Assembly (NCBI GenBank): GCA_945859975.1
Contig: CAMAPH010000001.1
Span: 128,001 to 192,000 of the forward strand
Reading direction: 5' to 3'
From: Chthonomonas calidirosea
Lineage (GTDB): Bacteria; Armatimonadota; Fimbriimonadia; Fimbriimonadales; Fimbriimonadaceae
DNA length: 64,000 nucleotides
Below are positions 1-9,957 of this stretch, piece after piece (position 1 is the stretch's first letter; each line of letters starts with the position of its first letter). The notes below the pieces were generated by a model. The model saw only the letters and a program-made list of their open reading frames with translations. It made no database searches and was not told the origin of the DNA. Both the position numbers and the translations under genes were made by a program.

Positions 1-2137
1 CGACGCGGATTTTATCGTACGGCACGGTTTCGCTCAGATACTCAAAGACCGGTTTCAACTGGGTTCCGCCGACTGCGGCAAGTGCGGCTTTGACCCGGGC
101 AATCGTTTCTGCATCAAGCCAGGGCTCAATAGACTTTGGCTTCGTCGTTGCGACCCAGGTGGCGAGATGTCCCCATACCGTGGTCGGCTTGACGCTGGCG
201 ATGCGGCAAATGTCCTCGATACTAGCGTGGGCTTCGAAGTGGTCGGCATAGCTGCCATTCTTCGGCAATGCTTTGGTGCTCTGGATGACTGGCGTCGCGC
301 CGGTATCGAGCCCGGCACCGGTTTCTTCCACGAACTCGCGGATCATGCGCAGCAGGCTGGAACCGTACTCTGCGGCCTGCTTATCGCCAACCCCCGAAAT
401 CGCACGCAGATTCTCCGCCGTCGAAGGTCGAACGCTGGCGACTCGCATGAGCGTGGCATCGTGGAAGATGACGTAGGCCGGGACGCCTTTCTCCGCCGAA
501 GTTGCCCGTCGCCAGGTTCGAAACTTCACGTACAGTTCCTCAGAAACGGCGTCGAGCTCAGTGCCGGTTGCCTTCACCGAACGAACCAGAGCAACGTTCT
601 CAATCAGGCTGACCTCTGCTCCGGACTCTAAGACTTCCCGGCCAGCATCGGAAACCGAGAGCACCGGGTAGTCCCCAGTGGACACTTGAAGCAACCCAAG
701 ATCCACCATTTGGTGAATCCAAGAGGACACGCGTTCCTTTTCTTCGGAGGCGAATGCCCCGAACCCCGGTGCGCGGTCAGCGCCACGTTCTAGAATCATC
801 TTCACTCGCGAGCCAAGAAGGACACCGGCCAAAACGCCGACCCCGAAGCTCTTTTCCCCTTCGGAAAGGGCAATCGCCGTCTCCAAGATTCGTGTCGCCA
901 CCGCCTGAGAGTTGCCCAGTCGTTTCATCCCACCGGTGCACACGTCACACGCGCCGCACCCGCCTTCTGAAACCGGATATTCCTGCCCAAAGTGCTCGCT
1001 CAGCGCCTTGTGCCGACACTCGTGCGAGGTCGCAAACCGCCGCACTTCTTCGAGAAGCGTGAGGTGGTGCGGATCGCCACCGGCAAGCAGGCGCTTCAGC
1101 CGAAGCACGTCGCCGTGGCTGTAGAGCAACACACATTCGCTCGGCTGCCCGTCTCGGCCTGCGCGGCCAGTTTCTTGCTGATAGCCCTCCATGCTCTTTG
1201 GGATGCATTCGTGGATGACGCAACGCACGTTTCCACGGTCGATGCCCATGCCGAAGGCGACGGTCGCGACGATGACGTTGACCTTTTCCTGGGCGAAGTT
1301 TTCGCTCACTTTTCGCCGAACATCGTTTGGCAAACCAGCATGGTAGGCCACCGCGCTGATTCCGCGAGCGACTAGAGCATTCGCGATGCTCTCCGTATCC
1401 TTCCGCGCGAGGCAATAGACGATCACCCCTTCATCGGGATAGCGGCCGACCGCTTCCGCAATGCGGCCGACCGTGTCGTCTTTCGATACGATCCGGTAGG
1501 TCAGGTTGGGACGGTCAAAGATTCCGACGAATTTCAAGGGCCGCTCAAGGCCAAGCTGAATTGCGATGTCGCGTTGCACTTTCGGCGTGGCGGTGGCGGT
1601 GAACGCCTGTACCGGCACCCCCGGGAACGCTTCTTTGATGCGATGCAAAAGTCGAAACTCGGGCCGGAAATCGTGGCCCCAAGCGCTAATACAGTGGGCT
1701 TCGTCTATGGCAAATCGAGCGACCCCTCGGCCCTGCTTTAGCAAGTTCAAAGTTGCCGGAAGCAGGAGTCTCTCCGGGCTGACATAGAGCAGGCGGAGAT
1801 CACCGGCGCGTAGCTTCGCAACAATGCTCGCCTCTTCCTCTGGGCTCAATGACGAGTTCAGCGCGGCCGCCGGAACGCCGACAACCGAAAGCGAATCGAC
1901 TTGGTCCTTCATCAATGCGATGAGGGGAGAGATCACGACGGTGAGGGTGTTGGTCACAATCGCGGGCAGTTGGAAGCAAAGGCTCTTTCCGCCGCCAGTC
2001 GGCATGACGACCACGGCGTCGCGATTTTTGAGCGAAGCGCTGACGACTTCACTCTGCAATGGGCGTAACTCGTTAAAACCCCATACGCGGTTCAGCGCCG
2101 CCGAAACGCCTTCTTGCTCCATCACCGGTGCTGCCAT
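1..2137 (-). CDS. recQ: ATP-dependent DNA helicase RecQ (3' end runs off the window)
   Basis: Absent from the ORF track because no stop lies inside the window. Manual translation from ATG 2137 gives ...VWGFNELRPLQ...VVMPTGGGKSLCFQLPA...VISPLIALMKDQV, later an HRDC-like GVPAYVIFHDATL. The frame at base 1 matches the start frame. Alternative ATG at 2122. Confidence 0.95.
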   Translation of the reverse strand, partial: MAAPVMEQEGVSAALNRVWGFNELRPLQSEVVSASLKNRDAVVVMPTGGGKSLCFQLPAIVTNTLTVVISPLIALMKDQVDSLSVVGVPAAALNSSLSPEEEASIVAKLRAGDLRLLYVSPERLLLPATLNLLKQGRGVARFAIDEAHCISAWGHDFRPEFRLLHRIKEAFPGVPVQAFTATATPKVQRDIAIQLGLERPLKFVGIFDRPNLTYRIVSKDDTVGRIAEAVGRYPDEGVIVYCLARKDTESIANALVARGISAVAYHAGLPNDVRRKVSENFAQEKVNVIVATVAFGMGIDRGNVRCVIHECIPKSMEGYQQETGRAGRDGQPSECVLLYSHGDVLRLKRLLAGGDPHHLTLLEEVRRFATSHECRHKALSEHFGQEYPVSEGGCGACDVCTGGMKRLGNSQAVATRILETAIALSEGEKSFGVGVLAGVLLGSRVKMILERGADRAPGFGAFASEEKERVSSWIHQMVDLGLLQVSTGDYPVLSVSDAGREVLESGAEVSLIENVALVRSVKATGTELDAVSEELYVKFRTWRRATSAEKGVPAYVIFHDATLMRVASVRPSTAENLRAISGVGDKQAAEYGSSLLRMIREFVEETGAGLDTGATPVIQSTKALPKNGSYADHFEAHASIEDICRIASVKPTTVWGHLATWVATTKPKSIEPWLDAETIARVKAALAAVGGTQLKPVFEYLSETVPYDKIRV

Positions 2138-2252
2138 GTCTATCTTTCTCGCGCCTTTAGTATAGACAAGCGACTACCCATTTGCCAACACTCGTAGTGA
2201 AATTGTAAGGTCCGACTCCGTTGCGCAGGATGAGCGTCAGGAACAGAATAAG

Positions 2253-3548
2253 ATGAACCCTATGCCCCACAAAGCCGCCGCCGTTGCCGTCATATGCCTC
2301 GTGATTTCCGGGAGTGCATTTGCCCAAGCCGGCCCGTTCACGAAGTTGGCCCCGGCAGATGCTCCAGCAAAGAAGAGCCCCAACTCATTCAAGACTGGCA
2401 AGTACCGCAGCCTCTTCCGCGAGATCGGCAAGACGGACATGGACATTGCGGCGAAGCTGAACGAGGCGTGGAACAAGTTGTTCCTAGGCAACCCGTCGAG
2501 CGAACGCGTTTACTTCGAAGTCGGCCCGGACATGGCCTACATCAAGGACATTGGAAACAATGATGTGCGGAGCGAAGGCATGTCCTACGGCATGATGCTG
2601 GCCGTGCAATACGGCAGGAAAGCCGAGTTCGATCGGCTTTGGAAGTGGTCAAAGACGCACATGCAACACGCGAGTGGGCCATGGAAGGGCTACTTTGCGT
2701 GGCAGTGCAACGATGCCGGAAAGAAACTCGCAAACGCGCCGGCTTCCGATGGTGAGGAGTACTTTGCGACGGCCCTATTCTTCGCGGCCGGCCGCTGGGG
2801 ATCGGGCTCCGGAATCTACAACTATCGTTCCGAGGCCGATGCGATTTTGCATCACATGCTGCGCAAGGAAGAGGACAACGGCGGAAAGACGGACACCGTG
2901 ACGAACATGTTCAATCAAAAGGAGAAGCAGGTGGTGTTTGTCCCGAACGGCACCGCCGCCACCTTCACCGACCCTTCCTACCACCTTCCCGCCTTCTATG
3001 AACTTTGGTCGCGCTGGGCCAAGAAGGATCGGGCATTTTGGAAAGAAGCGGCCATCACCAGCCGAAAGTACTTCCGAAAAGCAGCGCACCCGGTGACGGG
3101 GCTAACCCCAGACTATTCGAGCTTCGACGGAAAGCCTATGAAGGCTCCGTGGGATCCGAACAATCGATCTGACAACTTCTTGTTTGATGCCGTTCGGGTT
3201 GGTGGAAACATTGCCATGGACCACGCTTGGTTTGCCGCCGACCCCTGGCAGGTTCAGCAGTCGAACCGCATGCTGGAATTCTTCGACTCCCAAAAACCGA
3301 CCTATGTAGGCAGCTATAGCCTCGATGGCAAGCCATTGGTGGAATACACCCCCACCGGGCTCCGGGCGATGAATGCGGCGAGCGCAATGGCCAGCACTTC
3401 TCCGGTCTCGAAGCGATTTGTGAAAGACCTTTGGGATGCCCAGGTGCCGAACGGACAGTGGCGGTATTACGACGGCATGCTTTACATGTTCGGGCTCTTG
3501 CATGCCAGCGGCCAGTACCGAATTTGGGCTCCGAAAGCGGGCCGCTAG
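2253..3548 (+). CDS. Glycoside hydrolase family 8 xylanase / reducing-end exo-oligoxylanase-like, secreted
   Basis: Motifs [47 protein letters not shown]-terminal signal peptide ending SAFA-Q. Confidence 0.92.
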   Translation: MNPMPHKAAAVAVICLVISGSAFAQAGPFTKLAPADAPAKKSPNSFKTGKYRSLFREIGKTDMDIAAKLNEAWNKLFLGNPSSERVYFEVGPDMAYIKDIGNNDVRSEGMSYGMMLAVQYGRKAEFDRLWKWSKTHMQHASGPWKGYFAWQCNDAGKKLANAPASDGEEYFATALFFAAGRWGSGSGIYNYRSEADAILHHMLRKEEDNGGKTDTVTNMFNQKEKQVVFVPNGTAATFTDPSYHLPAFYELWSRWAKKDRAFWKEAAITSRKYFRKAAHPVTGLTPDYSSFDGKPMKAPWDPNNRSDNFLFDAVRVGGNIAMDHAWFAADPWQVQQSNRMLEFFDSQKPTYVGSYSLDGKPLVEYTPTGLRAMNAASAMASTSPVSKRFVKDLWDAQVPNGQWRYYDGMLYMFGLLHASGQYRIWAPKAGR

Positions 3549-3595
3549 CCGTTTACAAAGCTTCCCAAATGGTCTAGGATGAACACATTCTCAAT

Positions 3596-4906
3596 ATGAA
3601 ATTTAACCGTTCGAATGTTTCCGTTTTCGCGCTCTCCGCCGTCGTGCTGGCGGTCGGCTGCGTGTCTGTCGCTCGGGACCGTGGGCAAGATGCTCCGGTT
3701 CTCTCGGCGACGCCAAGCGTACCGAGCGCCACCTATAAAGTTGGAGAAAAAGCGACTTGGACCATCAAATCGCCGACCCTGAGCTCGGTCAAGTACACGG
3801 CGAAACGGGACAACGCGGGCGTGGTGGCATCTGGCACTTTGCAGTTTCAGAACGGAGAGGCCAAGCTGGAAGTTCTCGGCGATCAGCCCTCTTTCCTTTA
3901 TGTCGAACTAGCGGCAGAAGGGGCTAAGCCACTGGCTCTAGCCGCGGCAATTTCGCCAGCAAAGATCGAGGCCTTTGCTCGTCCCGCAGACTTTCGAAAG
4001 TTTTGGGATCGACGCATTGCCGACGCCAGAAAAGTCTCCTTGAATCCCGTCATCACGCCGAAACCAACCAATCGAGAAAGCATTGAGTACGGCACGTACC
4101 AGCTCGATTTCATCAAGGGTGAGCATATCTACGGACAGATGGCTAAGCCAAAGGCGAAGGGTAAGTACCCCGCCATCATTCAGTTTCAGTGGGCAGGGGG
4201 GCCGTACCCGCTGGATCCAAACTGGATCACTTGGCGCGCGGAACAGGGATATCTGATCTTCAATTCACAGGCGCACAATGTTCTGCCGACCGAACCCAAA
4301 TCGTACTATGACGCCCTGCCGGCGGCAATCAAGGGTTACAGCGGAATCGGTACCGACGATCTGGAAAACAATTACTTCGTTGAGATGTATCTACGCGCGG
4401 TTCGGAGCGTTGACTTTGTTACCCAGCATCCAGAGTGGGACGGCAAGACGCTTATCGTGATCGGCACGAGCATGGGCGGACAGCAGACGCTCGCCGTTTC
4501 TGGCTTGCACCCGGCGATCACCCACAGCATCGCCAACGTTCCGGCAGGTAGCGATTTAAGTGCGATTAACTATAACCGGAGTGCTTCTTATCCGTTTCTT
4601 CCGGTGACAAATCCAAGGTCGGCGGCGGTTGCACCGTATGTGGATATCAACAACTTCGCTCAGGACATCAAGTCGAAAGTGCTCATCGGCTTTGGCTGGG
4701 TGGACACCGTTTGTGCTCCTACCGGAATCCAGGCAACCTTCAACGCGATTCCTGGCATGCCTGCTACGGGCAAGAAGGAACTGGTGCCGATGATCGACTC
4801 GCCGCACAATCACCAGGCAACAGCGGCCCAACAGAAGCCGTTCGTGGATCGCGAGGCTGCCTGGCTGGACGCCATTCGCAAGGGAGAGCCGATTCCGGCA
4901 CGATAA
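3596..4906 (+). CDS. Acetyl xylan esterase-like (CE7/AXE1-type) alpha/beta hydrolase, possible lipoprotein
   Basis: PADFRKFWD, RAVRSVDFV..HPEWDGK, nucleophile elbow GTSMGG, DTVCAPT, C-terminal His; lipobox-like LAVGC. Confidence 0.85.
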   Translation: MKFNRSNVSVFALSAVVLAVGCVSVARDRGQDAPVLSATPSVPSATYKVGEKATWTIKSPTLSSVKYTAKRDNAGVVASGTLQFQNGEAKLEVLGDQPSFLYVELAAEGAKPLALAAAISPAKIEAFARPADFRKFWDRRIADARKVSLNPVITPKPTNRESIEYGTYQLDFIKGEHIYGQMAKPKAKGKYPAIIQFQWAGGPYPLDPNWITWRAEQGYLIFNSQAHNVLPTEPKSYYDALPAAIKGYSGIGTDDLENNYFVEMYLRAVRSVDFVTQHPEWDGKTLIVIGTSMGGQQTLAVSGLHPAITHSIANVPAGSDLSAINYNRSASYPFLPVTNPRSAAVAPYVDINNFAQDIKSKVLIGFGWVDTVCAPTGIQATFNAIPGMPATGKKELVPMIDSPHNHQATAAQQKPFVDREAAWLDAIRKGEPIPAR

Positions 4907-4910
4907 TCCA

Positions 4911-6995
4911 ATGCTACTACCCACAGTTTCAAACTTCGAACCGCTTCCGGCCATTGATTGGTTGCTGGGAGCAAGCTATCCGGCAAAAATCGTTCGCACT
5001 GATACTGAAGTCGTCCTGACGAACGGTTTGGTGGAACGTCGCCTCCGGATTGCGCCTTTCGTTTCCTCCACCAGCTTTCGGCGCATCGACACCTCCCAAG
5101 AGTTCTTGAGATCGGTTGAGCCCGAAGGCAAGCTTATCGTCGATGGGAAGGAAATTCTGATTGGTGGCTCAACATCACCACCCAATCGGGCCTATCTACT
5201 TGAGGAGTGGATCGCTCAGTTGAAGCCGGCGAGCAATGCGATGGCGCTTTCGAGTATCGAAGTTTGTCCGGTGGACAAGCCAATTCCCTACCAGTCGATG
5301 TCTGGCCAAAGCTGGCCGCCGAAGGGCAAAGGGGTTCTGCTCACGTTTAAGTCGACCAGCTTGGAGGCAAAGGTTCGCCTCGAAATTTACGATAACTTGC
5401 CGGTGATCGGGAAGCAAATCAGCCTCAAGAACATCGGCGAAACGTCCGTTCGGGTCGACAAGTTCTCCTCCGAGCGGCTTAGCGTGGTTGAGGGCGAAAG
5501 CTCGGTAGACATGATCAATCGCTGGCGACTGCCGAACGTTACGGTTGCGACCAGCATGGCCTTTGGCGGGATGACGGTTGAAGGAGCCAACAAGGCCGTC
5601 CACTGGGAAGTGGATCCGGGCTTCGAAACGCAGGTCAACTACGAGCGATTAACGCCTTGCGTGCTCGACGTGCATCCTCCGATAGGTCCCGGCGTCGATC
5701 TTGCGCCCGGAAAAACGCTGAACTCACTCCGGTCTTATGTGATGCTGCACGACACGGAAGAGCGCGACCGGCGCAGCCGAAGCGTTCGCACAATGTTCCG
5801 AAAGCTCGCGCCTTGGGTCGAGGACAATCCACTCATCTTGCATATCCGAACGGTGGAAGATAAGGCCGTTCGTGAGGCGATAGATCAAGCCGCCGAATGT
5901 GGATTTGAGCTGGTCATCCTGAGCTTCGGAAGCGGCCTCGACATGGAAGATGTCTCACCGGCAAGCATCGCCAAGTACCGCGCTTTGAACGATTACGCCG
6001 AGTCCAAGGGACTTCGGCTCGGCGGGTACTCCTTGTTAGCCAGTCGGCGAATCGATGACGAGAATGACGTGATCAACCCCAAAACTGGCAAAACGGGCGG
6101 GGCAATCTTCGGAAACTCGCCGTGTCTTTGCAGCAAATGGGGCGTTGGCTACTTTGAGCGGGTTCAGAAGTTTCTTGAGGGGACCGGGTTCAGGGTGCTG
6201 GAGCACGATGGCTCTTATCCCGGCGACCCGTGCGCCTCGACGGAACACCCCGGCCACCGTGATCTTGCCGATTCACAGTGGCAGCAGTACGCGAAAATCG
6301 AAGAGTTCTACGCTTGGTGCCGCGAGCGGGACATCTACTTGAACGTGCCCGACTACTACTTCCTCGCGGGTTCCAACAAAACCGGCATGGGCTACCGGGA
6401 GACCAACTGGTCCCTTCCCCGCAATCAGCAGCACCTTCATTCCCGGCAGAACCTGTTCGACGGCACGTTTGACAAAGCGCCGTCGATGGGTTGGATGTTC
6501 GTGCCTTTGGTCGAGTACCAAGGCGGCGGAGCGGCCGCAACCATCGAGCCGCTGAAGGAGCATCTTAGCGATTACGAGCTGCACTTTGCAAACACACTCG
6601 GCTACGGCGCGCAGGCATGCTGGCGAGGTCTTCGGTTGTATGACGCACCCGAAACCAAGGCGATGGTGCAGCGAATGGTCGATTGGTTCAAGCGGTACCG
6701 ACAGATTCTCGAGTCCGATGTCGTTCACCTTCGCCGTCCCGATGGGCGGCAGCTGGACTACGTTCTCCACGCGAATCCGAATCTGAAGGAGAAAGCGATG
6801 CTCGTTGTTTACAACCCAACGTCCGCCGCCCGAACCGAAACCATAACGGTTCCTTTGTACTACGCGGGTAGTCCAAGCTCAGTCCGAGTTCGCGAGAAGG
6901 AAGCAAAGCCGAAAACCTTGAACACCAAGAACGGCTCAGCGACCTTCTCGACCACGGTCCCAGCCCAAGGCTGGACGTACTTTGTGCTCGAATGA
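4911..6995 (+). CDS. Putative glycoside hydrolase, distant GH36/alpha-galactosidase-like
   Basis: 694-aa ORF 4 nt after the esterase stop. Apparent beta-rich N-domain, TIM-barrel core (IDQAAECGFE, LEHDGSYPGD, YLNVPD) and beta-sandwich C-domain. Confidence 0.65.
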   Translation: MLLPTVSNFEPLPAIDWLLGASYPAKIVRTDTEVVLTNGLVERRLRIAPFVSSTSFRRIDTSQEFLRSVEPEGKLIVDGKEILIGGSTSPPNRAYLLEEWIAQLKPASNAMALSSIEVCPVDKPIPYQSMSGQSWPPKGKGVLLTFKSTSLEAKVRLEIYDNLPVIGKQISLKNIGETSVRVDKFSSERLSVVEGESSVDMINRWRLPNVTVATSMAFGGMTVEGANKAVHWEVDPGFETQVNYERLTPCVLDVHPPIGPGVDLAPGKTLNSLRSYVMLHDTEERDRRSRSVRTMFRKLAPWVEDNPLILHIRTVEDKAVREAIDQAAECGFELVILSFGSGLDMEDVSPASIAKYRALNDYAESKGLRLGGYSLLASRRIDDENDVINPKTGKTGGAIFGNSPCLCSKWGVGYFERVQKFLEGTGFRVLEHDGSYPGDPCASTEHPGHRDLADSQWQQYAKIEEFYAWCRERDIYLNVPDYYFLAGSNKTGMGYRETNWSLPRNQQHLHSRQNLFDGTFDKAPSMGWMFVPLVEYQGGGAAATIEPLKEHLSDYELHFANTLGYGAQACWRGLRLYDAPETKAMVQRMVDWFKRYRQILESDVVHLRRPDGRQLDYVLHANPNLKEKAMLVVYNPTSAARTETITVPLYYAGSPSSVRVREKEAKPKTLNTKNGSATFSTTVPAQGWTYFVLE

Positions 6996-7005
6996 AGCAT
7001 GGATT

Positions 7006-7038
7006 GTTGAGCCAGGCTAGTCCCTAGCCTGGCTAACC
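7006..7038. terminator. Hairpin between convergent genes, probably a bidirectional terminator or REP-like palindrome
   Basis: AGCCAGGCTAG-TCC-CTAGCCTGGCT, perfect 11-bp stem at 7010-7034. Confidence 0.6.
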
Positions 7039-7049
7039 CACTCTCTTCT

Positions 7050-8342
7050 TCACTTATCGAAGTACCGCTTTGCGAAGGCGATGAAGTTCGCCCAGTTGGG
7101 GCCGTTGGTGTGACCGCCGGTGTGTTGGCTAAACGCAAGATCGCCTTGTTGGGCGGGGGTGCCTTCTGGCGGCATTTCGGTGGCTGAGAGCCCTTTCTTG
7201 CCGAGCAGTTCCCAGGCGGGTGAGGCCAGTTGCGTAGCCATGAACGTGCCACGGCTGTCGATCCACGTGCCTTCTACGCGCGGGCTGCCGACGCCGACGA
7301 AAGTCGGTCTTGGCGCGCTCATGGCGAGAAGTTGGTGGCCGTCTACTGGCATATCCCCAGGTGTCAGCGGCCCCGCGTACTTGACGTAGGTCCCGGCCAT
7401 CCAGTGGTACTCGCCGCTGGACGCGACATTTTCTACCTGCTCGCCCGAGTTGCGGCGCCAGATTTTCACTCCGCCTTGACCGGATGATCCGATGAAGCCG
7501 ATCGCGAATCGTGGTTCGTATGCCATCGTTAATGCGGCGGCTTTGCCATATCTCGAAAGTCCCTCAATCACCACGCGTTTGGCATCCGTTTGCGGGTCTC
7601 GCTCCAGATAGTCCAGCGCTCGCGAAGCACCCCAGCCCCATGCCTTGAGCGCGCCCCAATCTTCTGGCTTCCTCGGCTCCCCTTTGTTGACGAGGCCAAT
7701 GATTCCCGCGCGGAGGCCAGCACCGTTGTCGGCTTGGTAGGAGCCGGGCTCAAGAATCGCAAAGCCCCAGCCTTCTTTGATAACCATCGACTGCCACTCG
7801 GGGACGGGCGGAGTCGGCGCACCGGGACGTTCTGGGAAGGAGAAGCCGAACTCCATGATCACCGGCACCTTCTTGGCTTGCCGTGGCGTGACCAGGGTCA
7901 TGCGGATATTAACTTCGATGGCAGGATACGCCCGGTTATCGACTTTCCCGACCAGCTTCTTGGTCTTGGTCTCGAATCCACCGACCGTCGTATCCGCTTC
8001 CGATTCCACCGTCCACTCGACTTTTGGCAAGTTCTTTGGAGTTCGACCATAGATTTCCCGATCCAGAAGCTCGGCAATCTCCGCCCGTCGGCGCGACCAA
8101 TCGCGGGCCGATTTCACTGGTTTGCCGTTGGCGAAAGTAAGAAGCGGGGGGATGTTGGGGTACGGATTGGCCTTGCTCTCGTCCGTGTTCGCCGCGTTGG
8201 GGGCATTCGGATTCATGCCGTCCGCACCGCCACGAAGCGAAGTGATGTTCAGCGTCTTCAGCAGTAGCGCATGGTCTGCTTCTGTCGCTGCGCGTGCGTT
8301 CTGACCTTGAGCCATAGCGATAAACAAGATTGGCGTCAACAT
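7050..8342 (-). CDS. CE15 glucuronoyl esterase-like protein
   Basis: Signature GLSRYGK and WGALKAWGWGASRALDYL. Start moved to ATG 8342 (MLTPILFIAMAQ), just after the upstream stop. Confidence 0.88.
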   Translation of the reverse strand: MLTPILFIAMAQGQNARAATEADHALLLKTLNITSLRGGADGMNPNAPNAANTDESKANPYPNIPPLLTFANGKPVKSARDWSRRRAEIAELLDREIYGRTPKNLPKVEWTVESEADTTVGGFETKTKKLVGKVDNRAYPAIEVNIRMTLVTPRQAKKVPVIMEFGFSFPERPGAPTPPVPEWQSMVIKEGWGFAILEPGSYQADNGAGLRAGIIGLVNKGEPRKPEDWGALKAWGWGASRALDYLERDPQTDAKRVVIEGLSRYGKAAALTMAYEPRFAIGFIGSSGQGGVKIWRRNSGEQVENVASSGEYHWMAGTYVKYAGPLTPGDMPVDGHQLLAMSAPRPTFVGVGSPRVEGTWIDSRGTFMATQLASPAWELLGKKGLSATEMPPEGTPAQQGDLAFSQHTGGHTNGPNWANFIAFAKRYFDK

Positions 8343-8343
8343 T

Positions 8344-9816
8344 TTAGTTCTCCCAGTGCAGCGTTGCAACGCCCCGGCCCAGAAGCGTGACGGTGCCATC
8401 TTTGACCTCACCAAGCTCTCGGAACTTCTCTCCCGCTTCCGTTTCAGTTGATCGATATAGCTTGGGATTTTTGAACCCGGTTGCTGCGGGTGGCAACTTA
8501 AAGGTCAACGGCTTGGTTCCCGGATTCACCAGGACAAGGGCCGCCTCCGAATTGTCATCCTTTTTGTAAGCCGAGACGCGGACATCTGCATCAGTTGTCG
8601 AAGCATCGACTCGATGCCAGCCGGCACCGATGAAGTTCGAAAAGTGCTTGATCGCATAGAACCGACCTCGCCGCTCGACGCTGCCATCCAGCTGGTTGTA
8701 GTAGACCAGCGCATTTCCGGGCTGGTGCACTCCTCGCGCGGCAATCCAGACAAAGTAGGCGCTCACGTCGCCAAATGCGAAAGCATCCGAGATCATGCTC
8801 GCCTGCTGAACCATGTCGACTCCTTCGAGAAACTCGGTTTGCATGAACGGCTTCTGGCGGACGGTTTCGCCATACACCGCTTTTAACCGGGCAAGTGCAG
8901 TGCGGTACTTCGTCGGGGATGCCTCTTCGGCACCGTTCCCGTAGATGTGGAACGAGATGTTCTGCAACAGTCCAAGTGCCTTCTTACCGGCGTCCGTCTC
9001 GGGATCAAGCAGCCGCTTTACCTGCGAATCGCCGCTGTCTAGACGAATCGTAAACGTTTCTGGACCCGTAATTCCCGGCATGGCGGCGCCGAACTCTTTC
9101 TTGAGCGCGGCATGGGTTGCGGTCAGGGTTTCCGCGTAGCCTGCCATCTCGTACCCTTCTGGCGTCTTCCCTTCGGTCGCAAGGAACTCGCAGCCTTCGT
9201 ACGCAACCGCGATGTCCAGTTCGTTCTGAAGGGTGATCAGGTCGGGCAAGCGACCAGTGACTGATTTGAACTTGAGCAAACTCTCCTTCCACCACTCGGC
9301 GAACCCGCCGTAGACGTACTTACCGTTGGCCCCGCGCTTCAGCGTGACGTTGGCCAGTCCTTTATCTGTCCCGTCGGAGCGTCCACTCAGCAATCCGTTG
9401 TTCTTCAGGCGTCCCGGCGGCGACCACGACGTGAAGAGCAGCTTAACCGGCCCCTTTTTGCCTCTTGATGCCGCGTCGCTGTACTTCGTCGCTCCGGCAA
9501 CATAGTCGCGGAGCATGTTCTCGAACGTCGCCTGCTGGCCCGGATAGTCGTGGAAGTTTCGCAGCCGGAGAAAGTCGAGTTTGAGGTCCGAAAAAAGGGC
9601 GCGGTAGACACGGTCGCGCTCGCCATGGGCCAGCAACGCGTCACCGTTGTAAGTCTGGGTTCCGCCGAAGCCGAGCATCGGCTGGTGCGTCTTCGACAAG
9701 TCGATCTGAATGGCAATCGGCTCTTGCGGCGCGGGGGTCTGCGGAAGTCCAAAAATCGAGAGGGCGCCGATGGCGAAGCTGCTACCAGCTAAAAGGTGAG
9801 TCATCATTGTCATCAC
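8344..9816 (-). CDS. Glycoside hydrolase family 30 (xylanase-like), secreted
   Basis: GFGG near the N-terminus, SWSPP, acid/base QNELD, nucleophile QTEF, KHFSNFI, C-terminal beta domain (VSAYK..LVLVN). Start could be 9816, 9813, 9807 or 9804. Confidence 0.82.
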   Translation of the reverse strand: MMTMMTHLLAGSSFAIGALSIFGLPQTPAPQEPIAIQIDLSKTHQPMLGFGGTQTYNGDALLAHGERDRVYRALFSDLKLDFLRLRNFHDYPGQQATFENMLRDYVAGATKYSDAASRGKKGPVKLLFTSWSPPGRLKNNGLLSGRSDGTDKGLANVTLKRGANGKYVYGGFAEWWKESLLKFKSVTGRLPDLITLQNELDIAVAYEGCEFLATEGKTPEGYEMAGYAETLTATHAALKKEFGAAMPGITGPETFTIRLDSGDSQVKRLLDPETDAGKKALGLLQNISFHIYGNGAEEASPTKYRTALARLKAVYGETVRQKPFMQTEFLEGVDMVQQASMISDAFAFGDVSAYFVWIAARGVHQPGNALVYYNQLDGSVERRGRFYAIKHFSNFIGAGWHRVDASTTDADVRVSAYKKDDNSEAALVLVNPGTKPLTFKLPPAATGFKNPKLYRSTETEAGEKFRELGEVKDGTVTLLGRGVATLHWEN

Positions 9817-9957
9817 TTGATCTACCGATACATCATAGCCATTTCATCGGGTTCAGAGATTCTCTGCGCAAGCATTTTCGAATCCAAACGCAAATTTTGA
9901 GAGATCGCCGCGATTGAAATCGACAATGCCCCCAATTCCCGCTAGACTGTCCGCAAC

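Noticed and set aside
1..2165. Apparent gene-poor region or recQ pseudogene (only short ORFs in the track)
   Set aside because: A minus-strand recQ frame runs off the window edge and is in the same frame at both ends; the short ORFs are shadows.
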